A DNA stretch of 64,000 nt from Candidatus Nomurabacteria bacterium GW2011_GWC2_42_20 (GCA_000998425.1 LCDG01000003.1:1619-65618), one strand, 5' to 3'. Positions 9,837 through 20,167 are shown, counted from the first letter of the stretch. Notes: generated by a model from the sequence alone, not told the origin. Translations and numbers: made by a program.

Positions 9837-11249
9837 ATGGCCGATATGGCAGATACAAAAAACCGACAATTCAAATCAAGAGAGCTCCGCATTCCTCCTC
9901 AAAACATTGATACAGAAAAAGCGCTTCTTGGATCCCTAATGCTTCGCCCAGAGGGTATGTATGATGTTGGGGATGTTGTCACAAGAGAATCATTTTATGT
10001 AGACAAGCACCGCATGCTTTTCGATGCAATGCTTGAACTCCATACTCGACATGAGCCAATAGACCTGCTTTCAGTGTCTACTCGACTAAAGGAACGTGGT
10101 AAATTTGACAATATTGGTGGCGGAAGTTATTTGGCCGAGCTTGTAGATACCGTCCCCTCCTCTACAAACGCAAAACATTATGCTGAGATTGTTCAAAGAA
10201 AATACATTTTAAGACTACTTATTGAGGCGGCGGAACACATCTCTGAGTTAGGATACAATGAGGCTGAAGCAATAGAAAATGTGCTTGATGAAGCAGAAAA
10301 GAAAATATATGCGATCACAAATTCAAGTGTCACGAAAAAATTTATCGGCCTGAAAGACACTCTTGAAGAAGCGTGGGAGCGCCTTGATAAAATGCACAAA
10401 TCTGGTAGCGAGCTACGTGGAGTGCCTTCTGGTTTCCCTGCACTCGATACACTGCTTTCAGGCTTTCAAAAATCCGATCTCATCATCCTCGCTGCTCGCC
10501 CTTCGATGGGTAAGACAACCCTCGCGCTTGATATTGCCCGCCAAGCAGCGATTCATCACAATGTTCCTGTTGGAATCTTTTCACTTGAAATGAATACACA
10601 GCAACTCGTCGACCGCCTGCTATCGGCAGAGGCGCGCGTAAATGCATGGAAGCTTCGTACGGGGAAGCTTTCACTTGATGAGGATTTTGAAAAATTACGT
10701 GGCTCACTCGACAGACTTTCTAAAGCACCGATTTTTATCGATGATCAATCTGGAAATACGATTATGAAAATGCGTTCTGCAGCTAGAAAACTCAAGAGCG
10801 AGCATGGGCTTGGGCTCATCATTGTCGACTATCTCCAGCTTATGAATACATCAAAAAATCATGATTCTATGGTCAACCAAGTGACAGAGATATCTCACTC
10901 TCTCAAGGCGCTAGCAAAGGACCTCGATGTGCCAGTGATTGCGCTTTCTCAGCTTTCTCGCGCAGTGGAGGCTCGTGGTGGCAAACCTCGCCTATCTGAT
11001 CTTCGTGACTCAGGTTCTATTGAGCAGGATGCCGATGTTGTTATGTTTATTCACCGCGAGGACAAGCAAGACAAGAATGCCGAGAAGACCAACATTGCGG
11101 AGATTCTTGTAGAAAAGCATCGCAATGGCCCTGTCGGCGCCATTCAGCTCTACTTCGATGAGGAAAAATCAACGTTTATGTCTGTTGATAAGCAACATGA
11201 GTATGCAGGTGCCACACGCAGTTCTGGTGGGAATTTTGATGATTTTTAA
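9837..11249 (+). CDS. dnaB: replicative DNA helicase
   Basis: DnaB N-domain, Walker A (ARPSMGKTT), SQLSR helicase motif, IDYLQL motif; 470 aa. Confidence 0.95.
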   Translation: MADMADTKNRQFKSRELRIPPQNIDTEKALLGSLMLRPEGMYDVGDVVTRESFYVDKHRMLFDAMLELHTRHEPIDLLSVSTRLKERGKFDNIGGGSYLAELVDTVPSSTNAKHYAEIVQRKYILRLLIEAAEHISELGYNEAEAIENVLDEAEKKIYAITNSSVTKKFIGLKDTLEEAWERLDKMHKSGSELRGVPSGFPALDTLLSGFQKSDLIILAARPSMGKTTLALDIARQAAIHHNVPVGIFSLEMNTQQLVDRLLSAEARVNAWKLRTGKLSLDEDFEKLRGSLDRLSKAPIFIDDQSGNTIMKMRSAARKLKSEHGLGLIIVDYLQLMNTSKNHDSMVNQVTEISHSLKALAKDLDVPVIALSQLSRAVEARGGKPRLSDLRDSGSIEQDADVVMFIHREDKQDKNAEKTNIAEILVEKHRNGPVGAIQLYFDEEKSTFMSVDKQHEYAGATRSSGGNFDDF

Positions 11250-11251
11250 AT

Positions 11252-11872
11252 ATGAGTTCAATTGAAAACCTATCACATCTTTTCATGAAATTCCCCGGTA
11301 TTGGCACACGCCAAGCAAAACGCTTTGTGTATTTTCTGCTTGCGCAAGATCCGTACTTTGTGGATAGTCTAGCTCGCGAAATATCCGCATTAAAGAAAGA
11401 TATTGCACAATGCGCTGGGTGTTTTCGATTCTACCAAAAACGCATATCATCAAATTCAAGCACGCTTTGTGATATTTGTGTTGATGATGCAGACAGCAGT
11501 ACTCTTATGGTTGTGGAGAAGGATACAGATCTTGAAAGCGTTCGTCGCAGTGGAGGCTACGCAGGCAGATACTTTATTTTAGGAGGCACTATCCCCGTGC
11601 TTGAACGTGACCCTGCTTCAAAAATTCGCATTAGAGAGCTTTTAGAGCGAATAGAGGGTTCTGCAACAGATGGCCTTACGGAAATAATCCTAGCGCTTTC
11701 CGTAAACCCTGAGGGGGATTTTACTCATGATTACATACTCAAGGTGATCACACCACTTGCAGAACAGCTTGGAATCACCATAACCACATTAGGTCGCGGG
11801 CTATCCACAGGCACCGAGCTTGAGTACTCTGATAGCGATACTCTTAGGCATGCTTTGAAAAACAGAGGGTAA
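11252..11872 (+). CDS. recR: recombination protein RecR
   Basis: HhH (FPGIGTRQAKR), C4 zinc finger (CAGCFRF...CDIC) and Toprim domain. Confidence 0.95.
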   Translation: MSSIENLSHLFMKFPGIGTRQAKRFVYFLLAQDPYFVDSLAREISALKKDIAQCAGCFRFYQKRISSNSSTLCDICVDDADSSTLMVVEKDTDLESVRRSGGYAGRYFILGGTIPVLERDPASKIRIRELLERIEGSATDGLTEIILALSVNPEGDFTHDYILKVITPLAEQLGITITTLGRGLSTGTELEYSDSDTLRHALKNRG

Positions 11873-12011
11873 TTTAGTAGTCACAGTACATTTTCAATTC
11901 ATACATCCGTGGTTATAGCCATAAATATATGTTAGTTGATTATTGAGCGGGATATGTTAGTCTATTTTGTAGAAAGCTTTTGTACCTAAACAGAGAAGAA
12001 AGGATAGAAAA

Positions 12012-12257
12012 ATGGCACAAACCTTGAAAGAGTATCTTCAAAATCCACATGCGGTGATAGTTGAACTTTGCGGATGCGGATGCGGTGAGTCATTAGAGAA
12101 AAATGACCCGCTCGGCCCGCAATTTATGGTCGTTGATTGTAAAAAGGTTTTCGTTAATCCTGACTGCTACTTTGACCAGATTGGCGAAGAAATCGACAAG
12201 CACCCAATCGGTGGACGCGGGATTCATGGTCCTGGATGCAAATCACCAATTGACTAG
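12012..12257 (+). CDS. small Cys-rich hypothetical protein
   Basis: 81 aa with CGCGCG, DCK, PDCY and GC motifs; an upstream AGGA-type ribosome-binding site and a downstream hairpin terminator. Confidence 0.35.
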   Translation: MAQTLKEYLQNPHAVIVELCGCGCGESLEKNDPLGPQFMVVDCKKVFVNPDCYFDQIGEEIDKHPIGGRGIHGPGCKSPID

Positions 12258-12264
12258 AAACAAA

Positions 12265-12300
12265 AAACCTCTGAATCAGTAGATTCAGAGGTTTTCTTAT
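12265..12300. terminator. bidirectional intrinsic terminator (small ORF / rplU)
   Basis: aaacctctgaatc agt agattcagaggttt flanked by A-run and T-run; lies between convergent genes. Confidence 0.55.
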
Positions 12301-12318
12301 TTAAAGCTAAAGCCTTGA

Positions 12319-12636
12319 TTACTTGATAGCGTCTATCGTTACCTTCATAAAAGGCTGGCGATGGCCGTTTTTCTTGAAATAGCGGGATTTGTTACGATAT
12401 CGAATAACGACAACCTTCTTTCCGCGCCCCTCCTCCTTGAGTGTAGCATGAACAGATGCACCCACTACCGTTGGAGCGCCAACCAATGTCTTAACGTCAT
12501 CATTAACAAGAAGAACCTGATCAAAAACGATCTTATCCCCTACTTTTGGCTCACCTGGCAGCTTCTCTATAAGAAGAGTTTCACCTGGGGCTACCTTATA
12601 TTGCTTGCCACCTGTCTGTATTACTGCAAAAATCAT
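12319..12636 (-). CDS. rplU: 50S ribosomal protein L21
   Basis: MIFAVIQTGGKQYKVAPGETLLIEKL is the classical L21 N-terminus. Confidence 0.9.
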   Translation of the reverse strand: MIFAVIQTGGKQYKVAPGETLLIEKLPGEPKVGDKIVFDQVLLVNDDVKTLVGAPTVVGASVHATLKEEGRGKKVVVIRYRNKSRYFKKNGHRQPFMKVTIDAIK

Positions 12637-12777
12637 AATCTGTCTATTCTACACGAAATTATAGAAAACGCAAGCGAATTTGCCTACAATCGCGCCAAAA
12701 TCAGATTTTCCACATAAGCATGCTACAAAAACTGTAAGAAATTGACAAAATCACTAACCTCGTGCTATTGTTAAGTC

Positions 12778-12896
12778 GTTGGTATGCGCGCTTCTCCTCC
12801 CTGAGCGCTCGCATGCTAGCCCTTGGCCCCACATTTTTACCACTAAAAAGACCTGGCCACCCGGAAGCACCACCCCTTTGCTTCCGGTTTTTTTTT
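12778..12896 (+). ncRNA. candidate small non-coding RNA (orphan promoter + terminator, no ORF)
   Basis: TTGACA (12742-12747), 18-nt spacer, TATTGT (12766-12771). About 120 nt downstream is a strong hairpin ccggaagca/tgcttccgg plus T9 (12861-12896). No plus-strand ORF lies between them. Confidence 0.3.
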
Positions 12897-12911
12897 GCAA
12901 AAATTACTTAT

Positions 12912-14054
12912 CTACTCACCGGAAACTGGTTTTTCAATTAGGATAGGATCAATACTTGCAGTCTCCCCTGTAATTTTCACCATATCCTTGTCTACCTTTT
13001 TGAGTTCATTGTACGCCATGTTGTAATGGTTCACAGTAGTTCCAAGTGTATTGCCAAGTTTCTTCATGTACTCTTCGTATGCGACTAGGTGCTTCCTCAG
13101 TTCCTCAACGCGACCAATTATTAACTGCGCGGATTCTTCAATTTTAAATGCGCGAAAGCCATATAATACAGACTGCAAATATGCCGAGAACGTTGTTGGC
13201 GACACAATGATCACTTTTTTTTCATTTGTGGCATAGTCAATCAAACTACGAGTGTTCACTTTTACAGAACCTACTTCGTTGATTAGCAGGTCATAATAAA
13301 TACCTTCTGCCGGGATAAACATAAATGCAAATGGGAGTGTCCCCTCTGCTGGACGCACATATTTTGCAGTTTCATCTATTCGCTTTTTAAGATCATTCCG
13401 AAAATCTTTTTCGAGCTCCTCCTTGCGTGTTTGGTCTGATTCATTCACGACACGATTATAGTTATCAAGAGAAAACTTTGCATCCACAGGAATCATTCCA
13501 TCTTTAGTAATGATAACAGCATCAACAGTCTCCCCGCCCTTGAATTGGTGCTGGAGCTTGTATGCTGTTGGCGGTAAAATATTTGAAAGAATTAGCTCAA
13601 GCGCAGCCTCGCCTAGGTTCCCCCTCTGCTTTTGATGAGTAAGAACTTTTTCTAGGTTCTGAAGTTGGTCTGTAATTCCGAGCACTTGCTTACTGGTCTC
13701 ATTTGCAGTTGTCATTTCTTTTGCCACATTACTGAGATTTCTTTCAACCTGTTCATTGATTTCGCGAATAAGCTTTTGAGATTCGCTAAACTGCATGTGG
13801 ACCGCCTGTTGCATTTCCTTGTTTGAAGACCCGACCTTGGCATCTACTGTTTTCATAAAGTCCCCAAGTTGCGTCTGAAAGTTGCCAAGCTGATTTTGAA
13901 TGAGAACCAAGGCATCCCCTTGTGACCCTCCAAGGGTTTCATTTTTTTTGCGTAAAAACAAAACTACTACAACCGCAGCAATAGCGCCTAGGGCTAGTCC
14001 TATAAAAATTAATAAAATTGAGTACATAATTATTTTAGAGTCCATACGCACCAC
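12912..14054 (-). CDS. rmuC: DNA recombination protein RmuC
   Basis: N-terminal TM, long coiled coil, and a C-terminal RmuC nuclease-like region (IITKDGMIPVDAKFSLDNY...). Confidence 0.8.
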   Translation of the reverse strand: MVRMDSKIIMYSILLIFIGLALGAIAAVVVVLFLRKKNETLGGSQGDALVLIQNQLGNFQTQLGDFMKTVDAKVGSSNKEMQQAVHMQFSESQKLIREINEQVERNLSNVAKEMTTANETSKQVLGITDQLQNLEKVLTHQKQRGNLGEAALELILSNILPPTAYKLQHQFKGGETVDAVIITKDGMIPVDAKFSLDNYNRVVNESDQTRKEELEKDFRNDLKKRIDETAKYVRPAEGTLPFAFMFIPAEGIYYDLLINEVGSVKVNTRSLIDYATNEKKVIIVSPTTFSAYLQSVLYGFRAFKIEESAQLIIGRVEELRKHLVAYEEYMKKLGNTLGTTVNHYNMAYNELKKVDKDMVKITGETASIDPILIEKPVSGE

Positions 14055-14232
14055 TCAATGTAGACATAAGTGCGGGGATCGCAATCATAAGTCCGACCAA
14101 AGGCAGTACAAATAGCGCTACTGTGGCATAAAATGTCCACAAAAAATACTTGCGTGTTTTTTCTGACGAAATATAGATTTTTTGTAAAAGCTCGTCCTGT
14201 GTCTGAAGGCGATTTAAAATTTCTTGTTCCAT
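14035..14232 (-). CDS. small two-TM membrane protein
   Basis: 65 aa with two hydrophobic helices, directly upstream of and slightly overlapping rmuC. Confidence 0.3.
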   Translation of the reverse strand: MEQEILNRLQTQDELLQKIYISSEKTRKYFLWTFYATVALFVLPLVGLMIAIPALMSTLSGAYGL

Positions 14233-14310
14233 TACGCCATTTTACCACAGATGGGCAAAAGAAAAACCCTTGTGCAAAAATACACAAGGGTTCCTAAAAA
14301 TAGAAAATTG

Positions 14311-15075
14311 TTACTTTTTCTTGTCCAGATACATCGCTTTGTCTGCGACCCCGATAATTTCTTCGAGGGTATGAGCCATGTGCGCATCAGATGTTGATGC
14401 CACGCCAAACGACGCTCTGATAGGCACTTGTTTGCTGTCAGGACATTGCATAAATACGCCTTCGAGCTTGTCCTTGACCGCAATTACAATCTCAACTGCC
14501 CTATCGTAACAAATCCCAGGAAGCAACACTACAAATTCATCGCCACCCCAACGACTAATTATGTCGGTTTCGCGAAAAGACTGCTTCAAAAAATTTGCAA
14601 AAATGCTTAGCGCACGATCTCCATATTGATGACCGCAAGAATCATTGATAATTTTGAAGTCGTTTAAATCGACAAACAAGATTGAAAAATTTTCATCATC
14701 GATGTTTGCAACCTTTTTATTTTTGAGCAAATATTCTGCGCGAGAAAGAAGCGAAAAGTGATGCTTTATCTGCACTTCCATTTCATACCGAGTAAACAAT
14801 CCGGTTAGATTGTCGTAAACGGCGCGTTTTTCTGCCAATGCGAGATTTTGCAAAAGTATGCGAGTGTTTCTATTGGCCATCTCAAGCTCAATCGCCTTCT
14901 CCCTCAATGATGCAACTGCGTCGTCGTAGCAACCTTGCAATTGACTTAACTTATTTCTAAGCTCGTCATTTTCTGCCTCGCAATTTAGGCAGAGCATTCC
15001 GCCTGCGCTTAATTTATCCGCCATCACCTTCTCCTTTATTAAAAGACCAAAATAATACCGACCCCAGTATAGCAT
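14311..15075 (-). CDS. GGDEF-domain diguanylate cyclase with N-terminal coiled coil
   Basis: RWGGDEFVVLL active-site motif; typical GGDEF fold residues (FVDLNDFKIINDSCGHQYGD). Confidence 0.85.
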   Translation of the reverse strand: MLYWGRYYFGLLIKEKVMADKLSAGGMLCLNCEAENDELRNKLSQLQGCYDDAVASLREKAIELEMANRNTRILLQNLALAEKRAVYDNLTGLFTRYEMEVQIKHHFSLLSRAEYLLKNKKVANIDDENFSILFVDLNDFKIINDSCGHQYGDRALSIFANFLKQSFRETDIISRWGGDEFVVLLPGICYDRAVEIVIAVKDKLEGVFMQCPDSKQVPIRASFGVASTSDAHMAHTLEEIIGVADKAMYLDKKK

Positions 15076-15157
15076 AATTTATATACATGTGTCAATATTG
15101 GTCATAATGGTAAAAACGCTTACAATGTACGGATTAATTGGTAATTTATAAAAAATA

Positions 15158-15613
15158 ATGTCACTACATGAACAAATAAAGGCTGAGGTGAAACCTGCAA
15201 TGATGGCAAAGGATGCAGTTCGTCTATCGGTGGTACGCAATATGCTATCAGCGTTTACTAACGAGCTTGTTGCTACAGGAAAAACACCGCAGGATGTCCT
15301 AGATGATGCAGGGGTTCTCAAGGTCATTAAACGCCTTTCAAACCAACGCAAGGACTCAATAGAGCAGTTTGTAAACGGCGGGCGACCAGAGCTCGCAGAA
15401 AGCGAGCAGGCAGAGCTTGCGGTTCTAGAGAAGTACCTCCCCACCCTCATGTCACGCGAGGAAATTATGGTCGTTGCTCTCGCAAAAAAGGAAGTACTTG
15501 GTGTAACAGACAAATCAAAAGCTGGCCAACTTACCGGCGCTATCATGAAGGACCTTGCTGGTAAGGCAGACGGTGGCGATGTAAAAGCAGTTGTTGATGG
15601 ATTATTCGCGTAA
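15158..15613 (+). CDS. yqeY: GatB/YqeY-domain protein
   Basis: Full-length match to the YqeY pattern (EQIKAEVKPAMMAKDAVRLSVVRNMLSA...). Confidence 0.85.
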   Translation: MSLHEQIKAEVKPAMMAKDAVRLSVVRNMLSAFTNELVATGKTPQDVLDDAGVLKVIKRLSNQRKDSIEQFVNGGRPELAESEQAELAVLEKYLPTLMSREEIMVVALAKKEVLGVTDKSKAGQLTGAIMKDLAGKADGGDVKAVVDGLFA

Positions 15614-15614
15614 T

Positions 15615-16916
15615 CTACGATAATTTACCGCGCAGTTTTCGATGATACCCTATCGCAAAGCGATGTGCTTCACTGTTTGCGAGCAGGATTGCGCGGTCGT
15701 GTTTTTGAACTAGCGCTTTATCCCCGAGAAAACCTTTTGGCTTGTGTAGCTCGTCCTTCACAACACCAACGACTGGGATGATCAACCCACACTCATTAAG
15801 GACCTTCTCTGCAGTGTTAACCTGAGCCTTCCCTCCATCTACAACAATTAGCTTCGGCATTGGCCACTCTGGATGATTGAAACGACGCTCAAGAATCTCG
15901 CGCAAGGATGCATTGTCATCGTTGGTACTAGTTTTGATTTTAAATTTTCTATACTCGCTTTTCCTGGGTTCATTGTCTTCTAACACAACCATTACACCTA
16001 CTGTATGTGTACCTGAAATATGCGCTACATCGTACGCTTCAATCCGAACAGGTAAAGCCTCATGTAGGCTAACAGCAGAAGCACGCAGAAAATCCGCCCT
16101 TAATAAAGCAACATCCCGAATATGATTAAGTGCGAAAATCGCCTTCTTTATTTTTCCTGCTTCTTCAAAATTTTGATTCCTTGCTGCTGTCTTCATTTCA
16201 CGCTCGAGCCTCACAATAAGAGTTTTTTTCTTCCCCTCAAAAAAGAGTTTAATGCGCTGAATTGTTTTTGCATACTCTGTTTTTGTTATAGAACCTGAAC
16301 ACACACCAGGGCAAAGTCCAATCTGCGCATTAAAGCACTGTCTGCATTTACTAGTCAGTTGTAAGTTGTTAGTTGTTAGTTGTTTGCAAGGCACACACCT
16401 GTCTCTAAATGGAAAAATTTTACGAACGATAGAGAGCGCTTCGCGTAAAACGCTACCTTGTGGAAACGGACCAAATGAATATTTTACTTCATCAATTCGC
16501 AAGTTCACTTCTCGACCGCGCATGGTAATCACACGAGGAAAATCCTCCTTTGTAATGACAATATAATTAAAACTTTTGTTATCCTTTTCCTTAGTGTTAT
16601 ATATTGGCTGATGTTTTTTAATTAGTGCCGCTTCTAGGATAAGTGCTTCAAGCACGGAGTCAGTTTCAATGAAATCAACAGACTTTGCGGCTTCAACCAT
16701 TCCTACAATAATAGGCCCACGAGTAGCTATGAGGTCGCGACGAAAATAGCTCGCTACGCGCGTACGAAGTGATGTTGCCTTGCCTATGTATAAAATCTCG
16801 TGCTTCCGAATAGGCTTACTAACGCCTTGGACGCAACCTCGAAATATATATACACCAGGCGTATCAGGAAGTTTTCGAATCAGCTGATTCGCGTCTTGGA
16901 CGTAAAGTTTTTCCAT
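15615..16916 (-). CDS. uvrC: excinuclease ABC subunit C (short form lacking C-terminal HhH2)
   Basis: GIY-YIG (GVYIFRG...ILYIGKATSLRTRV), Cys-rich segment, UVR domain (FEEAGKIKKAIFAL), and RNase H-like endonuclease domain (IEAYDVAHISGTHTVGVMVV). Ends at 433 aa with no HhH domain. Confidence 0.85.
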   Translation of the reverse strand: MEKLYVQDANQLIRKLPDTPGVYIFRGCVQGVSKPIRKHEILYIGKATSLRTRVASYFRRDLIATRGPIIVGMVEAAKSVDFIETDSVLEALILEAALIKKHQPIYNTKEKDNKSFNYIVITKEDFPRVITMRGREVNLRIDEVKYSFGPFPQGSVLREALSIVRKIFPFRDRCVPCKQLTTNNLQLTSKCRQCFNAQIGLCPGVCSGSITKTEYAKTIQRIKLFFEGKKKTLIVRLEREMKTAARNQNFEEAGKIKKAIFALNHIRDVALLRADFLRASAVSLHEALPVRIEAYDVAHISGTHTVGVMVVLEDNEPRKSEYRKFKIKTSTNDDNASLREILERRFNHPEWPMPKLIVVDGGKAQVNTAEKVLNECGLIIPVVGVVKDELHKPKGFLGDKALVQKHDRAILLANSEAHRFAIGYHRKLRGKLS

Positions 16917-16987
16917 ATTGCGGTTCCTTAAAAGAGAGTATATAGTAAATATGGAAATTGTCCTTCATCAACAAATAGGGGGTTATT

Positions 16988-17524
16988 ATGTCGCAGTCTC
17001 GAGAGCTGATTGTATGTCAGCGATTGCAGTTTTCAGTGCTTTTCCCAGAAGTACACAGGCTAGTAAGATACGCCCTCGTGCGCTATTTTCATGTCCTACA
17101 ACTTCGTTGCGTGAAGCCGCTTTTGGACGTATGTGCAGAGAAACTGACTCGTCACATTATTGCACTACCAGAAAAACGCAACGCCTTTACAAGGCCATTT
17201 CTGGACCTTGGAGAAATTCATGGATTCGCAGAAGAGCGAATAGACACACTTGTTCATTGTTGGCACAATGAGATAAGTATGTATGACGATCCGGATATAG
17301 CCAATGTCGTTTTGCCAAAGATTTTTAAATTCACTCGCGAACAAGTGCTTTTGAAGGAGCCTGATGTATATCCGTTTTATCTTTCAGAAAATGATATCGC
17401 TGTTCTTTCAATGCTACTCGTAAAAAACACTACTGTTTTCTACAGAGGAGCAAACTGGTGGTCCAACAAGCGCCAAATTGAACGTACCCTCGGGTGTTGG
17501 TTCATTACTCCAAACCAGAACTAA
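16988..17524 (+). CDS. hypothetical protein
   Basis: 178-aa ORF followed by an intrinsic terminator; no recognisable domain; an overlapping alternative ORF (16918..17271) is less likely. Confidence 0.3.
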   Translation: MSQSRELIVCQRLQFSVLFPEVHRLVRYALVRYFHVLQLRCVKPLLDVCAEKLTRHIIALPEKRNAFTRPFLDLGEIHGFAEERIDTLVHCWHNEISMYDDPDIANVVLPKIFKFTREQVLLKEPDVYPFYLSENDIAVLSMLLVKNTTVFYRGANWWSNKRQIERTLGCWFITPNQN

Positions 17525-17526
17525 CA

Positions 17527-17568
17527 AATAGACATCTCGCCATCGTGCGTGAGATGTCTATTTCTTTT
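17527..17568. terminator. bidirectional intrinsic terminator
   Basis: atagacatctc...gagatgtctat hairpin followed by ttcttttt; coordinates +/-2. Confidence 0.55.
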
Positions 17569-20167
17569 TAAGGACCTTCTTCAGATATTTGCCTGTATGT
17601 GAATTTGGACTCAGAGCGATTTGCTCTGGCGTACCACGCGCAACTATTTGCCCTCCACCCTCTCCGCCCTCAGGACCTATATCTATTACATAATCTGCAC
17701 TCTTAATGACATCCATATTATGCTCAATAAGCAGCACGCTATTTCCTTTATCAACCAATTTTTGCAGGATTTCAATAAGCTTGCGTACGTCCTCATAGTG
17801 AAGGCCTACCGTCGGCTCATCAAGAAGATAAATCGTTTTTTCTATGTGTGGGCGATAGAGCTCGGACGAAATCTTTACTCTTTGCGCTTCACCACCAGAC
17901 AACGTTGTTGCTGATTGTCCAAGCTTAAGATACCCTAGTCCGACATCATTTAACGTTTTTATTCGATCATAGATTGCTGGAATATCCACAAAAAAATCAA
18001 TTGCTTCTTCAACCGTCATTTCCAAAATGTCGTAAATATTTTTCTTTTTGTATCTGATCTCAAGCGTGTCTTTTTCAAAACGTTTTCCACGACAAACATC
18101 GCATGTTACATATACAGTTGGAAGAAAGTGCATCTCAACAGCTATCGTGCCATTACCTTGACATGTCTCACATCTCCCACCTTTTACATTAAACGAAAAT
18201 CGACCTGGCCCCCATCCACGCAAGCGAGCCTCAGATGTTTCTGCAAACAAGTCACGGATAAATGTAAATGCGCCTGTGTACGTTGCTGGATTTGAGCGTG
18301 GAGTACGACCAATAGCAGACTGGTCAATGAGCACTGTACGAGATAGGTATTCTGTACCAGTAAAGCTTTCACAATTATAAATATCGTTTGTACGATACTT
18401 ATACTCCAATCGAGCCTGTAAATTTCTATGAATAAGCTCGTACATAAATGTAGACTTACCGGACCCTGACACACCTGTGATAGCTACAAGTTTACCGAGT
18501 GGAATATCAGCATTTAGACGTTTGATATTAAAAATAGTACCTTCACGAATACGCAGATGTCCCTTATCTGTATCGCGCCTTTTTGGAAGTGGCACAGCCA
18601 CTTCGCCACGCAGATAGTCAAGAGTAAGTGACTTGTACTTTTTAGGGTTCGTAATGAGCTCGTCTAAATCACCTGAGACAACAATATTGCCTCCGTGCAC
18701 CCCCGCGCCTGGGCCAATATCTACCATATAGTCTGCCGCAAAAATAGTATCTTCATCGTGCTCCACAACAATAATAGTGTTTCCTATGTCACGAAGTTCC
18801 TTGAGCGTTTTTATAAGACGGTCATTATCCCGTTGGTGAAGCCCGATAGTTGGCTCGTCAAGCACGTACAGAGCTCCAACAAGGCGCGAACCAAGCTGAG
18901 ACGCAAGGCGAATACGTTGACCCTCGCCACCAGAAAGTGTCCCCGCGCGCCTGCTTAGTGTGAGATAGTTTAAACCTACCTCCAGCATGAAAGTAAGCCG
19001 ACTTTGAATTTCTTTTACAACTGGAACCGATATGTCTTTATCTCGTTCTGAAATTTTCAGGTTTGCAAAAAAATCTGATGCCTCCGCGATGGTCATGTCT
19101 ACAAGCTCAACAATATTTTTCCCGCTTACGAGAACATTTAGAGCTTCCTTGCGTAGTCGCGCCCCATCGCAATCTGGACATTTCTCGTTTCCAAAAAAAT
19201 GTTTTGTGCCAAGCCCATTACAGAGGGCGCATGCGCCGTATGGAGAGTTAAATGAAAATAATCTAGGTTCGATTTCTGGGTATGAAAAACCGTCATTTGG
19301 ACACGCGAAGCGGTTAGACATAACTGTGTCTTTTGTGTCTATCTTCCCGTCATTAAATACAATGCGAACAAGGCTCTGTGATTCATCAAGCGCTTTTTCA
19401 ACGGCTTCTCCAAGCCTTTCTCTTCCTCTCTCTTTTCCTTTAAAATCAGAAAGTAGTATCTCATCCACAAGCACATCAATCTCGTGTTTTTTTGTTTTTG
19501 AGAGTTCGATTTTTTCGCGTAGATTGTGCATCACGCCATCAATGCGAACCATCAAAAATCCCTTGCTCAAAAGGTCGTAAAGAAGCTGATAATACTCACC
19601 TTTGCGTCCACGTACCATAGGCGCGAAAATACGAATTGAGACTGCTTTTTTACCAGCAGAACCCTTCACGTCATCCATAATAAAATTAATAATTTCTTCA
19701 TTACCGAGACGTTTAATTTCTGTGCCGCAGACAAGACAGTGTGGCTTTCCTATCCGCGCATAAAGTACACGTAAATAATCGTATATCTCAGTAATAGTAG
19801 CTACAGTTGAGCGAGGGTTTGATGAATGAGATTTTTGATCAATAGAAATAGATGGGGATAGTCCCGTAATCTCATCCACATCTGGTTTCTGCATTTGATT
19901 CAGGAATTGACGCGCATACGCTGAAAGCGACTCTACATAGCGACGCTGACCCTCCGCAAAAATAGTATCAAAGGCAAGCGAAGACTTCCCAGACCCAGAA
20001 AGTCCTGTAAAAACAATCATTTTGTCGCGTGGTATCTCTACACTGATATTTTTAAGATTGTGAGTACGCGCGCCACGCACAACAATCTTGTCTAAAGGTT
20101 TGTGTTTTTTATTTTCAGCCATGGTAATTAAAAACTTTAGTATACCAGATTTTTTAAAATATGGCAA
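17558..20167 (-). CDS. uvrA: excinuclease ABC subunit A
   Basis: Two ABC ATPase modules ([22 protein letters not shown]; LSGGE signatures) and Zn-finger Cys pairs; 869 aa. Confidence 0.95.
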   Translation of the reverse strand: MPYFKKSGILKFLITMAENKKHKPLDKIVVRGARTHNLKNISVEIPRDKMIVFTGLSGSGKSSLAFDTIFAEGQRRYVESLSAYARQFLNQMQKPDVDEITGLSPSISIDQKSHSSNPRSTVATITEIYDYLRVLYARIGKPHCLVCGTEIKRLGNEEIINFIMDDVKGSAGKKAVSIRIFAPMVRGRKGEYYQLLYDLLSKGFLMVRIDGVMHNLREKIELSKTKKHEIDVLVDEILLSDFKGKERGRERLGEAVEKALDESQSLVRIVFNDGKIDTKDTVMSNRFACPNDGFSYPEIEPRLFSFNSPYGACALCNGLGTKHFFGNEKCPDCDGARLRKEALNVLVSGKNIVELVDMTIAEASDFFANLKISERDKDISVPVVKEIQSRLTFMLEVGLNYLTLSRRAGTLSGGEGQRIRLASQLGSRLVGALYVLDEPTIGLHQRDNDRLIKTLKELRDIGNTIIVVEHDEDTIFAADYMVDIGPGAGVHGGNIVVSGDLDELITNPKKYKSLTLDYLRGEVAVPLPKRRDTDKGHLRIREGTIFNIKRLNADIPLGKLVAITGVSGSGKSTFMYELIHRNLQARLEYKYRTNDIYNCESFTGTEYLSRTVLIDQSAIGRTPRSNPATYTGAFTFIRDLFAETSEARLRGWGPGRFSFNVKGGRCETCQGNGTIAVEMHFLPTVYVTCDVCRGKRFEKDTLEIRYKKKNIYDILEMTVEEAIDFFVDIPAIYDRIKTLNDVGLGYLKLGQSATTLSGGEAQRVKISSELYRPHIEKTIYLLDEPTVGLHYEDVRKLIEILQKLVDKGNSVLLIEHNMDVIKSADYVIDIGPEGGEGGGQIVARGTPEQIALSPNSHTGKYLKKVLKKK

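Noticed and set aside
12742-12896. Possible SRP (4.5S) RNA in the orphan promoter-terminator unit
   Set aside because: Only a short CCGGAAG-CA resemblance to the domain-IV motif exists. That segment is fully consumed by the perfect terminator hairpin, and no GNRA-loop/symmetric-loop fold could be built. Kept only as a generic sRNA candidate.
16355-16390. Possible CRISPR-like or repeat array (agttgtt repeats) and the 51840..51880 octamer repeats
   Set aside because: The units are 7-8 nt with no spacers, inside a coding sequence or a promoter. This is not a CRISPR architecture, and no cas genes are in the window.
16918-17271. 117-aa ORF overlapping the 178-aa ORF 16988..17524 in a different frame
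   Set aside because: Only one can be real. The longer ORF ends at the intrinsic terminator and was preferred; neither has a recognisable domain.
19032-19580. 182-aa plus-strand ORF, and many other 60-180-aa ORFs (e.g. 333..626, 2114..2476, 34397..35020, 42021..42506, 60999..61412), antisense to or overlapping large well-supported genes
   Set aside because: They lie entirely inside strongly supported genes on the opposite strand or in another frame (uvrA, nth, glmS, P-type ATPase, dinB, ATP-grasp). Their composition is low-complexity (Ser/Arg/Pro-rich), typical of antisense read-through. None has a ribosome-binding site or terminator.
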